Counted from the whole stretch's first letter, positions 12,792 to 27,635 are shown. The stretch: DNA of 63,026 nucleotides, filler included, from Reticulomyxa filosa (GCA_000512085.1; 14 parts of 14 records of this genome joined end to end with filler, not necessarily neighbours in it); one strand, 5' to 3'. The notes: generated by a model from the letters alone, not told the origin. Made by a program: numbers and translations.

Positions 12792-13070
12792 GAGAATTTA
12801 TTACTTTGTTTGTTGAAATAAAGTGTTGAAAATGAAATTTGCAATTCGGAAATCCAGGTAAGTCAACTCTTTTTATTCGGTAAGGCGTCCCTTTTCTGAA
12901 AGTCGTTTTTCTGGTGTTTTGCTAACGTCTTGCATTAAGTAAAAAAATAGTTTAAAAACTCTGGTTATAAATCTGCCCAGAAAATACGATTGAAAGCTAC
13001 GTGTGCACACAATTTTTTAGAAAGAATAACTGAACAAACGAACTTTTTGGGGGCAAAGAAGTAAGGCCAA
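12792..13070. promoter_or_regulatory. Putative bidirectional promoter region
   Basis: 279 bp between divergent ATGs at 12791 (-) and 13071 (+), on the same contig. Confidence 0.45.
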
Positions 13071-16000
13071 ATGAGTTCGAATAAAAGAGATGAAGATGAA
13101 GATTCAGAGGTAAAAAGTGTGTAGTTTGCAACATTCATAATCATGGAACGATAAAAATAAAATTTTAGGTACGCAAGGAATGGGGCATTGGATCGCAAGT
13201 AGAGGTGTATTCGGCGTCATTGAAGCAATGGGTTGCTGGTGACATAACACGTATTTTTTTGGATGGCGAAGGAGAGTGGTTGGAGGTGCAATATTCCATA
13301 GGTAAATGCAAAAGCACAAAAAAAGCAGTTTGTGCAATGGGTTGTGATTTTTATTAAAAAAGTATACACATACAAATTTTTTTGTTTTGTACAAAACAAA
13401 ACAAAAAAAAGGACGTGAGATGCGTCTAAAACAAATTCCGAGAAGTGATACAAATTCGATTCGGCCATGCTATCAGCAACAAGAAGAGACTAAGACCCAA
13501 AGCAATGGGTTAAAAAGACGAGATTGGGAAGGAGATGAAGAAAAAGCAATTTCAACAAAAGAGATGAGTATCAACGCAATCCAAAAAGCAACCTTGCGCA
13601 AAGTTACAAGTGAATTGGATTTGGATGATGTTGAATCGGACGCACAAGTTGACTCAAATTATATTTTTACTGCACCAATTAATTTTCTTTTTTTTGATAA
13701 AAAATGAAAATAAAAAAATAAAAATAAAAAGACTATTTCGTCTGTTTATAAAGATACGCTCGTCTTGGACTCGTGGCGCGGCGGTGGAAATATACTCCCG
13801 TGGGAAAAGGAGATGGATGCGTGGGACGGTAGAACGCATATTTGTTGACGACGAAGGCGAATGGCTGGAGATTCGTTATGGCACTAATCTCGTCAAAGAA
13901 ATCCCAAGAAATTCCACTGACATACGTCCCCTACGAGCACGCTTTATGAATCATTTCACATTTTCGGTAGGTTTATTTATATGATACTTTTATTATATGT
14001 ATGTATATGTGTATATAATTTTTTTTATTAAAAAAAAAGAGGGTGAAACTTTTTTTTTTTTTTTGATTGGGTGACAACACTTTATGATAAATAGAAAGAT
14101 CACATAAACCGCATGATGGCGACTTGGGAAGATGTGGATATGGAGGGAACGCGACACTTGGATGCAATATTGTTGGACGCGGTGCTTCGAGCATTTGGTT
14201 TGCATTTGAAAGTGGACGAGTTGGAAAGAGTGCTCGGTTGGATTGACATTGACAATCGAGAGGCCATTACGGCGGATCAATTCCTGGCGTGGATGACGTC
14301 GCCGGTGGAGACATTAGAGCAAAGAGACATGCAAAAGCGCATCTTTGAGGCGATTGACCGTACGGTGCGTGGAGAGCTGGCGTCGATATCGCCACAGTTC
14401 TCGGAACACGAAAAAAAAAGCAAATCAAAGTTGGCGATTTTGTACAACAAGGGCGACGACGATGACGACGATGATGACAATGATGACGATGATGATGGAA
14501 ATAACAACAGCAACATATATGGGTCCAAAACTAGTGAGAAAGTAAATGGGATTGGAGTGTCGATCACATCCCGGTTCCGTCCTGCCCCTTCTCCAACGGC
14601 ATACGCTTCTATTGCACTGGATCAGATTGACGAAGCCAAACACATGGAATCGTCGTCACATGATTGGAGTGAAACTCATGCGAATCGTGACAATGAGAAG
14701 AGTGGAGGCAATGCCATTGGCAGTAAGCTTGGCCAAGAGCATGCACGGGGCAATGACAAAGGAACAATGCCTTCGGCAGACAGTACAACGACCTCCAGAG
14801 AAACAGCAAGAAGTGAGATGGAGTCTTCTGCTATCGTCATGGCAGAGTTCAGTGACAAAGAGGACGAAAATGAAGAGGATGGTGATACCGTTGGCGAACT
14901 GCCTTCGTTTCACAGAGCTATCTCTCAGCCGCAAGAAGGCAATCAATTAACTAATTTGGCATGGAAATTGGAGGTTTTTAATTTGCTTTTGTTACAAATA
15001 ACTGTTTTTTTTTTTTTTCCTCCCCTCTCCACTCTGAATGCATTTGTGACTTAGAAATTGGGTTTGTACGGGTCCTACTTGAAAATCGTTCCGACCGATG
15101 AACAGCATCAATATACCCCGAATGTGAAGCAAGACAAAATCGAGGTGGAAGACAAACACTTGCGAAGGCTGATGAAAGATGTACAAGTGTACATGAAAAC
15201 TCGTGTCGAGAAGGCCGGCGTGGAAGGCATTCGCATTTATGACTTGGGACAATTTGTGCACAAAAAGTTTGAAACTTTTGATCGCTCCAATTATTTGAAA
15301 GGGAAAGAAGCGCGCTTTTCTGACTTTGTGCATTTAACACCAGGTTTGGTTGTGTTGCAAATCGAAGATGGAACTGGCATTTTAGATCGCATTGTTGTTA
15401 CGGAGGAAATTGCCAAAAAAATCAATTTGAAACAAAAACTGGAGGTTCGTCTTCTCTTTTTTTTTTTTAATACGTACATCCACATTTTTCTGTTGTGCGT
15501 ATGTACACACATACATAATTTTTTTAAATGTGTATGTATACGTGAATGAAAATCATCCAATGTAATTACATTAAATATGTACGTATATGTATATATTTGC
15601 TTTGTTGTGGATTGCAAATCCTAGTTTGTGATGGCGATGCTGTGCGACAAAACCAAAATAACGAATGATTTGACACTGATTTCAGAGTCGAACCACGACA
15701 GACATGGCCGAAGGCTCTCGGTGAGCGAGAAGCTGTTGAATGTACAAGACTTTGGGGCACGCATGAATGCTTTGGGCGCCAATTTCACGGATTTAGAGAG
15801 AGACGAACTGTTTTGGGCAGTTGCTGGGAACCACGCACATTTGGTTTCCCAAAGAGATATTGGAAGGTACTTTGGTGAAATGGTCGATGATCTACCGAAA
15901 GCTACAGAAACTGTGCTGGAGGCATTACCGAGAGTCATCAGTGTTAAGAAGATAGAAAAAAAAATTATATATACACATATTTATATATACATAAATACGT

Positions 16001-18218
16001 ATATTCATATATACATTCATTTTAATCATTCCACATTTATTTTTATTGACTCACTTTCTCTGATGTCTTTTGTTTTGTTTAAATGGGACAAACAGTTGGC
16101 TCGATTAAAGTATCGTCGTGAACCATTGTGGCGCAATTATATAATCAAGCAATGTCGTAAGCGTTGGAACAATGTGATGTTGGTGACAGTGTTGGATCGA
16201 CGAACGCGGATGCGACAAATGGACATGATTATAATTCCGCGGACCAATTCGCCTCATGGCGAAGACTTGCTTTCTGTTCAGAGATCGTTTCATTACATGT
16301 GTCATGTTTTGAACAAACTACAGTACAGCACTGTGGTCAAGAAACTGGATCACGGAGCCGACAAATTCGCCTACTCGTGCATCACCGACAGTCCAAATGT
16401 CCGCTCTTTTCCCGAAATGTTATTAGAATCAAGGATCCGACGTATTGCCTACACTGAGCATTTCGTCGCACAAGTGGTTGGGTCGTTAATGGAAACCATA
16501 TTATTTTGTCATAAACACAACTGTGTCAATTTGAATCTAAACGTCGGTTTGTGCCATTTCTTTTTTTTTATTTTTATAATTAAAAGAAGATGCTAAATGA
16601 GTTTACTTGTTCATGTATATGATCGGGCCGAATGTTTCCACAACGATCTAAAGATCATCTGGGATTCGACACACAATTGCGACCAATTCTAATGGATTTC
16701 TCCAGAGCTGTGATCGTCGAACCGAATGAAAAAGTGTATCAAATAAGTTAAGTTAATGATACAACAACAAAAACAAAAGAGAGGCATGGCAAAAAAAAAA
16801 AAGTTAAATCATTGTGATGATTAGTGTATTTATTGTTTTGGTGCAGCTTCAATGATGAGCTCAACTCCTCCCGAGTTGGCGTTGCTGATGGGAACGGACA
16901 CATTTGCAATGAACATTGAATTGACCGGCAAAACGCTCCGCAAAGTAGATTCATGGAGGGTAGGGGTGTTGTTATACGCGTTAATCACAGGCACTCTACC
17001 CTACGCTGCGTCCACCTTACAAAATTTCATCACTCATATTTTAGCTGGACAACCTGTCATTCCTCTTCAAAGTATTAAGTGTTCATACGACTTGAAGAAT
17101 TTGCTCTCGCAATTGTTGGAGCCAACTTTTTTTAAACGAATTGATATTCAAGATGCTCTCAAGCATTCTTGGTTCAAAGTTGGGGAGTTGTCGTATGTTT
17201 TTTTTATTTGTTTGTTTTATCTTCGTATCAATTGTTACCTTATGAAAACAAAAATGGAGTCTTTCCATATGTACGATACATACACAGACAGCATCAACGG
17301 AATTGGTATCTGAAGATGTGTACTCCAAGATTCAAAATTTGGACCGAATTGAAGCCGCAAGGAATTGGATATCAGCCATCACTTAGTTAGGCTTTTGTGT
17401 TTTCACTTGTACCTTCGTTGAACGTGGAATACGACACTTATACACTCTGAAATTGAAACTACATCTCAATAGCAAAGGATATGATCTTCCAAATCGTGAA
17501 CAAAGAGACCGCAAATATTTTTTCCGCTTAGATGCCACAGGACAAAGAGAAAAGCTGAGAGTTAATATTTTGGATGTAATTTGCTGTACCCTTTTTAAAA
17601 ACGATTGAAATATCCCTTGTTGGATAAACATTGAATGATTGAATAGCAAGACAATCTGGCAATTTTCATCGAGGATCGGCTGGGTTATTGTCCGTTCAAG
17701 GCACGCAGTATAATTAAAGTAAAAATAAATGTGTACATATATGTGTATATATTAGTAATTAAGTTGTAAGTAACACGAATGTTTTGCTGAATGCTGAAAG
17801 GATCTCATCAAATCGACAAAGAAATCTCAATGGACATGGCAAGATTTTGAAAGCTATTATAATGAATTGGATATGACAAAAAATCAAACAATGCTATTAA
17901 CAAATGCAATATTTCGAGGATTGGATCCTCAAGGAACAGGAATAGTAAAATCAACTTTGTTATTAAGTTTGTTCGAAGACATTAATTTGCGTATGAAACC
18001 AGTTATTGATAAAATTAAATCGCAGTCAGAAATGAGGTAATATATATACCTAATATATATGTTCGGTAATTTATTTATTTTTTATTTTTTATAATAGTTT
18101 TGTTGAAGTACATGAAGGATTAAAAAAAGCGATTAATGATGGATTTGATATTTCGGAATTATTGTCTGTTGATCATATCGTGAAAGTTCCAGAAAAAAAA
18201 TTAAAAATAATGTCCTGA
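13071..18218 (+). CDS. Multidomain CDPK/CAMK-like pseudokinase: 2x Tudor/Agenet-like, EF-hand pair, acidic linker, kinase fold, degenerate calmodulin-like C-terminus
   Basis: Repeats W.(I/R)GxxVE(V/I)YS...W..G...RIF.D.EGEWLE(V/I).Y...K(Q/E)IPR. EF-like DVDMEGTRHLD and DIDNREAIT. Kinase C-lobe PPE..VDSWRVGVLLYALITGTLPY..RIDIQDALKHSWF. C-terminal FRLDATGQ and FRGLDPQGTGIV. The splice model stays in frame to TGA at 18216-18218. Confidence 0.8.
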
Positions 18219-18970
18219 TGGCATTATTTAACTCTGTTGTTTTTCAAATGTTTGTGGCAAACGAATATGTTGTTATCATGATTTTTTTCGTATCAAGTCT
18301 TTGAAGTATCGAAAAATATTTTTAAATGACTGATATTATAAACCGTCAATAAATCTAAAAGAAGCCTGCAGTTGCATTATCTTTATTGTGAAATTTTTTT
18401 TAAATCAAAAAATTATTTAAATTAAGTGAAAATTGAGTTTTTAACTATCGAACATAAAAGTAAGTAATTTATAAGCTGACTTTTTCCACAATTTATACAT
18501 GCTTGTTTTGTGTTAGTTATAATTTATTAAATACAATTTTAATCCAAAAAATATACCTTCCATTGGACTATGCAAAAGAAAAAAACGCTAAAGATAAACA
18601 ATTGTAACTTTTGCTTTCCATTTCAAAAGTTATTGCACCACAAGCGACAACGCTTCTAGAAGAAAACTAATCATAAACATCTCAGTCAAAAACTATAAAA
18701 AATTGAAAAATATTAATAAAAACAACAACTATTTCTTTAAAAAAAATCAGCCATCAAATGTTTTTTCTAAAGAATAGCAATTTTTTGCAAAATACTGTTT
18801 TTTAAATATTTCCAAAAAGGATCAAAGCAGTTATTTTTTTCTCAAGTATCACTTTGAACAATTTTATAGCTGCTTTTGTGAGCATAGCCTTTTTTGCATT
18901 TATCAATTCAAAAAAACTCATATTACAATTTTTTGGAAACAAAATTAATGATAAAAAATGACACATCTAA

Positions 18971-19070
18971 NNNNNNNNNNNNNNNNNNNNNNNNNNNNNN
19001 NNNNNNNNNNNNNNTTAATTAATTAANNNNNNNNNNNNNNNNNNNNNNNNNNNNNNNNNNNNNNNNNNNN
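18971..19070. other. Artificial contig linker
   Basis: N44-TTAATTAATTAA-N44. Confidence 0.99.
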
Positions 19071-20319
<1,249 letters not shown>

Positions 20320-20419
20320 NNNNNNNNNNNNNNNNNNNNNNNNNNNNNNNNNNNNNNNNNNNNTTAATTAATTAANNNNNNNNNNNNNNNNNNNNNNNNN
20401 NNNNNNNNNNNNNNNNNNN
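20320..20419. other. Artificial contig linker
   Basis: N44-TTAATTAATTAA-N44. Confidence 0.99.
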
Positions 20420-21976
20420 AAGGTGGCATTTTAGGTGTCAACTTTCTTTTTTATACTACTGTACTATTTTAATGTAATGACTTAATGTTGTTGACTGATT
20501 CAAATGATTAACTTTTTTTCATCACAACTTACTTTACTTTTTTTGTCTTGTTGGTTAACTATTTTTGTTTTTGCTGAAAGATTTGCTAAGATAGTAATCT
20601 TTTCGTATTACACATTACAAAATTTTTCACAGCCATCATTTCTCACACCATGTGTTACGTTTTTTGTTATATAATTTACAAGGTACTTTTTGGTTAGAAG
20701 GCCAACATCATTTGAAATTAAATCTTAAAGTATTTTATGCACTTTTGACTTGTTTTTATATTGTATGCTTTTTTACAAATGTTTACGCAGAAAGTGAATT
20801 TTACAATTGAGATTACTTTCACTCTGCAAAAAATTATCACTTGTTTTATATGTACCAGGTATTGCAAGGTTTTAGTCTTGATTATCTTTTTAACTTGATC
20901 AAGAATCTTTTGTATATACCACAGCTATTTAATCAACTTTCCTTGGATTTTTTAAATTTACTGAGCACATCAAACACAAAATAATCTTTAGAAGAAATGG
21001 GTGTTGTTAAAGAAATTATTACAATTACATTTTTAACTAACAATCTTATTATATAATTATTTATTATTTTGTTGATTATATTTAGACAAGATACAGAACA
21101 ACAACCCAGAATAATGATTCTTGCAATTTCTAAAGCTAGCCTTACATTTTGATATATCTTTTGTAAAAATATAGCAACTCAACATATCAGTTACTATTCC
21201 ACTTGGCAGATATGTATTGCTGTTAATGGATTGTCAGTATATATAAGAATATTATTGCGTATCAAAATTTTTCTGGAATTACATTATTAATTTACAATGT
21301 ACAGAATCTATTCATTTAAATCACTATTATCCATCTATGCAAAAGAGACTATCAATATACTAATACAACCTTCCATCAAAATTGATGAAAGTAAGACCTT
21401 TATGATGTGACAAGACAGAAGCCGAGCAATACCAAAACAAATTAAAGCAAATAAGAATTTGACTATTACTTGTTAGTTTCCGAACATAGGATTACAGTGA
21501 ATTAGGAAAAAAAGGTCAATGTACAAAAACTACCACCTGTACATTTGTCTTATGATTGTTAAGCAAGGTTTATACTTAAGGGAATTACTTGTAGACGACA
21601 ACGGATAAAAAAAGGAATGTTAATGGCATCAAAGGGTTCAAAAGCTAGTCTCTTGTGAAATGAATTCATCCACACTCTTTGCCAAAAGATTATGTAGCGC
21701 AGGTGGGTCAAGGTCATCATCTTCATCACGCTGGACAGCTATCGAATGTTGACGAGCCATTGATTCGATCAAGGAGACCTGCGTACCTTGAATTTGCTGA
21801 GATAATCGTCTTTGGAATAGTGACTTGTCTTTTCGGTGTTGTGGTCCTGGATTACGTAGTTTGGCACGATCCTCTGAAGCACTATTGAGTATTTGTATGC
21901 GCTTTCCCCTTCGTAGACCCTCTATAATTTAATGTAACATAAGTCTAAAAATAAAGAGCTTAAAAAAAAAATGCAT

Positions 21977-22076
21977 NNNNNNNNNNNNNNNNNNNNNNNN
22001 NNNNNNNNNNNNNNNNNNNNTTAATTAATTAANNNNNNNNNNNNNNNNNNNNNNNNNNNNNNNNNNNNNNNNNNNN
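21977..22076. other. Artificial contig linker
   Basis: N44-TTAATTAATTAA-N44. Confidence 0.99.
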
Positions 22077-23288
22077 CTTTAATGTGATATCATTTTTGAC
22101 ATTCATTTATTCCTTTTAGTTGTGGCGGTTTCAATATTCGAATTTTTGAATGTGATTTGTAATGATTTGCAGTTGTTTTTTTATATTTCTTGCAATCAAT
22201 GCATTCACAGAAGTCAATGTTTCATCATTTTCTTGTTTTACTTCTTTTTCTTCTTCCATTTGATTATTAAGTATTTTTTATGCTCGAATGTGTTCATAGA
22301 ATAAATGACTTACTTTTGGATTTGTCAATGACAAATGTTATAAGACTCTTCAGTGTTACTTGCGTTTCAATATATACATCATGCTTTGGAAACATATAAT
22401 CTAATATTATCAAAGAAGTCTTTATCTTCAGATACAATCAAGTTGAATTGTTATGCCTTTTTTTCATGTGATTGCAACAGCAGTTTATAATTTGATTAGA
22501 TTATCACATAGCATTGTAAATCTTCCAATATCAAACGTGATTTTGTATTTCTTAATTTCAATGCTATTTATTGCGTGTTTACTCATTTCTCTCAAATCTT
22601 CAATATTCTTAGCATATTGTCTTATCTTATATTACAATCCAGATTTGATGGTATATGAACATTGATGATTGTTATCCTTCACAGATATGGGATCATTACT
22701 TGCAAGAAATAGAATGTAATATAAATCAAATCTAATATTCATCCATACTTATAATTTGGCTTTTGATGCCAAACAAGTTTCACCACTACAATACCCTTGC
22801 AGATTGATTGATTCCCAGATTTGTTTTTTCAATTTCCGTCTTTTCCATTCCTTTTGAACAATGCTATCAAGTTCAGGTCATATAAAAAGAATGAGTTGCT
22901 CTTGCTAGATGTACCATGTTGTAGCGAGCAAGCTAGGTGTTGAACAGGAATTATTGACATTATCATTTTTTATACCGAGCCTCTTTCACAGTCCTTATTC
23001 TCTTTAAAAAAGAGAGAATAAATTCCTTATTTTGATTTTATTCAACGTAAACATAAGAAAGCACTTTAATGCAATTTGTTCCATTGTTTTTTAAAAAGTT
23101 GTTTTAAGAAACCCTATCTTTTAAAAAACGATTCTTTATACAAAACTTTTTAAAAACAGCGTAAAAGGTGGTCAGTTCCAAAAAAATTCGTATTTCTAAG
23201 TTAAGAAAGATTTTTCTTTAAGTGCAAAGAATAGTAGCTTCACAAAGAAATATAAGAATAGTTTTCTTGTTACCACTTGCAAGACGAT

Positions 23289-23388
23289 NNNNNNNNNNNN
23301 NNNNNNNNNNNNNNNNNNNNNNNNNNNNNNNNTTAATTAATTAANNNNNNNNNNNNNNNNNNNNNNNNNNNNNNNNNNNNNNNNNNNN
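23289..23388. other. Artificial contig linker
   Basis: N44-TTAATTAATTAA-N44. Confidence 0.99.
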
Positions 23389-26300
23389 ACAATGACAATG
23401 ATAATGAAACTGATACAAACAAGAGGAAATACTCTGCACCGGTTTCTGAAACATCCAATTCAAAGGGAAAGAAACCAAATTGTATGTCGTCTTTCCTATT
23501 TTGTTTTTAATCTTTTGTGTTAATCACAATATAGAAGGGTGGGATCGGGGATCTGTTGTGCTTTGTGAATCATGTTGGTCAATGCCATTTTGGTATGTGC
23601 GAACAAATACACCGTGAATAGTTGTCAAACATCACAGCGATGAGGTTTGTTTTTTTTGGAAGGGGAGGGAGGGGGGAGGGGACATGTTTTGTATACACAC
23701 ATGGCAGTATACATTACAACATACACATTTCTTTGTGAGTTAACACATGTAGAAGGAATTGGGGGGGGGGGAGGGGGGTGGGGGAAATCCACATTATCAA
23801 TTAGACCAAAAAATGTCCACGAATCAAGTTGTTGGAATCTGACACTTCCGATGCAGGTCTGTTTGTGTGATCCGAGTGTGTTAATGGAGAATTAGAAAAG
23901 TAAAACGAGATTCCAAGGGACAAAAAACATAACCTTGAGCATGACTCAAACAAATATCCATACAAATATGTGGAGGACACATAGAGCTAATATCAGCAGA
24001 GAGCGATGATTGGATGGACGTGAATGGAGTTCGCTCCAAGGTGTACTCGAGCGTGGAATTGAAAAGCAGAATAAAGCCAAAGACATGGAAATCGACCACA
24101 AACGTGAATGGGGCTGGCCCAGGGGCAATGATAACGACAACGATAACAACAACGACAACGACAACGACAACAACGACGACAATGACAATGACGACATTCA
24201 CTCCGAAATTCAACTCGGAATCTCAATTGTCGATGAATGCGTCCGAGTCAACAGAGCCATTCAAAACAAACACAAACGCAAACATGAACATGAAAAGGAA
24301 AACGAAAAACAACAAATTACAATTGAAATCGAAATCGAAAGTCGAACTCGAATTTGTATCCGATTCGACGATGATCGGACCCAAAGCAACCTCCACGCCT
24401 CCACCAATGTCCATGTCCAAGTTCAAATCCAAATCAAAGACACAAGTGAAATCCAAATCCAAATCGAAATTAGATACGGCGGAGGAGCCATCGAAATTGC
24501 CGGTGTCTTCGAGTGCCAAAAATGGCCCTTCATTGCCGATCTTGAAGCGCAAGTCATCTCCTTTGCCAATGATGTACGAGGGCCAGCATTCGATGTTTCG
24601 ATTCAACGCCATCCCATTGTCAACGGACAACCTGCACAAGATCAAAGAGAACGTCGCGAACATATCGCACGAGTTTACCGTGGTGGTGATCGGGGGCAGT
24701 CGAAGTGGGAAGACGAGTATCATTCGCAGATTTGTTACTGGCGGATTCACCGGAAAATACAAACGATCGGTCGAGTTGAAAGAGTACCAACATAACTGCA
24801 CTGTTCCAATTGAACTGCACGAAACGTCTTTGGCCGATTCCAACATGGACACGACTTGGGATCAGTTTACAATTGACAAAAAGAGCGTACAGACGAAACA
24901 GCACGACATTTATCCCAACGAAATCGATGCCATGTCTGGTGCCGCCTTTGCCTTGGGCGTGGTCAGACCAGACGAAGATGTGTTTGATAGCTCCGAAGAC
25001 GAAGAGACAGAAGAGACCGAAGAGATCGATGAAGAAGAAAGAAGACAAGTCGAAGATAATGACAATCTCAAAGAAAAAAAAATATTGACACACACCTTGT
25101 TTTCACCCAAACGTTCGCAAAACGCCGCAGATGATCAGCAAGACGTGGGAACGGTCGACCCACTTCATCACGTCAATTCGCAAAGTGACGATCTGAAACT
25201 GTACAATGAAAAATCATTGCCGCTCTCGAAGGACGACACCACGGTCCAATTATCTGATGACGGCAAAAATCAAACCCGTATCACCAAAATCGATTTGAAT
25301 GTCCAATTGAACATCGTCGACTTGGGCTTCCATGCCATTGGCGATGACAAATTTTTCGAAAAAGTCAACGCGCTCATTTTGGTATGTGACGTCACCGACA
25401 CGTCATCACTCGAGCATCTTTTATTTAAGTTTAACGATTTAGTTTGATGTGTGCTTTTATTTTATTTTTTTTACACTATTTTTGTATACATATGTATGTT
25501 GTATATACATATATATGTATATAAAAAGATACCAAGACTTTTTGAGTAAAATTCCAATCGTACGCAAACGTCGTGCGTCGTCTGTTGCAAGCGAGCATTC
25601 GCGCGCAGGCAACAATGACACTCCCTTTATTCCGGTAATTATCGCCGCAAACAAATGTGACGAGCGCAGTCAGCGAGTGGTGTCGCTTGGCGAAATTCAG
25701 AACTTTGTGCAAAACAAGGTCCAGCCCATCTTCGATCGCCAGCTGGAAGGACAGGGATGGGCAAATGTAAATCAGAGTCAGAGTCAGAGTCAGAGTCAAA
25801 GTCAGAATCAGACTCCTCAGGAGGAACTTGAACTCGATGAATTGGACGAGGTGTCTTCACATGGGACGATGATCAATACTCCAAAAGGCAATCTGTTCAC
25901 GCCCACAAGCGCGAGCACGCGGACGTTGCGAACCGGTGTGATGAGTCCTTCCGGTGCCAATGGCGTCGAACTCAATCGCGGAATGTTTACTTCGACAAAG
26001 TCGCTCCCTAATGTTTCCACACGTCGACAATCCAATGAAACCATGTGGAATGCGCCATCGGTGAGCTTCTTATTCACAGAAAAGGACACTGCTTGGAGCG
26101 ATGAGGACGATCACGAGAATGCCAATGCAAACGGAAAAGACAAAGAGCATGCATTGAATACCATTTTCGAAACAGACGACAATGACGTCACACAAGAAAA
26201 AGCGCTGATAAAAGATAAGGATACTGTCAATGCGGTCTTGAAAACAATGACCACCACTCCCATTTCCGAAAATGGCAAAAACGTGGAGAAGAACAAAGGA

Positions 26301-26777
26301 ACTGAAGATGTCGATGGAAATGACAATGATGATTTCATCGAAGTTGAAACCGAAACCGACACGGAGTTACCTAAAAGTGCGAGTCCTGATGCTTTGTTGG
26401 CTGATCCTATTCATATCAGCATTGTCGAATGCAGTGCCGCGACGGGAAAGAATATCATCAAGGTGTTCGAAAAGTGTATCCACAAAGTTATGCTTTCTTT
26501 CGCTTTATCGTGCAAACCACAACACAAACGCCAGGGCTTCTTTGTGTTTGTCAACATAAACAAATAAAAGGTGTTGCCTTCGCGGTTGAGTGAAGAAGGA
26601 CACAAGCGCACACGAACCACTGCGTTGGTCACCGCACCACTTTGGTTACGCCAAATTGTTGATACTTTTGCAGACGAAGATGACGAATTATCACTTCCAA
26701 GGGTAAAATCCGTTCAGGATGATGCCTATGTTTTGCTCGACGACGATGGAAGGACTTTGGAGCCCTTGAGAGATTAA
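23389..26777 (+). CDS. Atypical Ras-superfamily GTPase with large low-complexity insertions; probably 5'-partial
   Basis: G1 VVVIGGSRSGKTSIIRRFV, G3-like LNIVDLGFH, ALILVCDVTDTSSLE, G4 VIIAANKCD, G5 IVECSAATGKNI. Main ORFs 24014-25447 and 25449-26567; final exon 26571-26777. Confidence 0.85.
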
Positions 26778-27635
26778 TGTACTGTGTCAATCGCTTGTTT
26801 CTTGCTTTTTGTTTTCTTTTGTTTGATATTCAATTCATAACAAATATTTCTCCATTGCATTGGCCTGTTTATTCTTCTTTTTTTGTTTTTTGTTTTTTTA
26901 ATAGTTGTTTAGATCTGTTGTTTTTTTATATTCCTTTTCAAAAAAAAATGATTATGCGAAATTATGACCAAAACAACAAAAAAAAAAACAATGCAATCAC
27001 AAATTTTTTGTTTTTTTCTCCTTGTCTTGATCTTTGTTGAATTGTGGGAAAGTTGGTTTTTAGTGACTGACTTAGCCTTTTGGTTTGTTTTTGCTGCACT
27101 TTTCTTTGAGGGAGTGCGATTCTTTCACATTTTCCTCTCTATTGATCTCCTTTCCATCTTTGTGCTGTCCGACATGGACAGCATTGCGGTTTGTATAGAA
27201 CATAGATTTTGGAATTGAGAGTTTATTAAAAAATTGCTTTTTATAATTTCAGTGCATTTAATTTTTTTTGTCGTTTCTTTTTTAGTGTAATGGAGCTATG
27301 TCTTATGCATGTAACACTAAAAAAATTGATAAAGAGATCACTAAGAGCAAACAAGAACAGGTATGAATGCAATATTGGACGTTTTTTTTTGGATTTTGTT
27401 ACTTTTTTACGCTTTTCATTTTCGTAAGCCGGAAATCCTCTGCTGAAAATTCAACCAAAATTTTCGTGATAGCCATAATTTCTTATCATTTACAGGAAAA
27501 AGTTTTCTTGTCGTACAACTCTAAGATCGCTTTATTTCCTTTAATGGAAGAGGTTTGTGATTAGATTAGAGGGCAGAGCAAAGAGAGAAAGCAAAAACTG
27601 TTTGTTAAAAACAATAGCTAAGCGGTGTTCCATCG

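Noticed and set aside
20420-23288. Short ORFs in contigs 5 and 6
   Set aside because: No motifs and multiple stops; at most unassignable relics.
24010-24852. Overlapping alternative-frame and antisense ORFs (261 aa and 209 aa)
   Set aside because: By-products of trinucleotide and hexanucleotide repeats in the GTPase exon.
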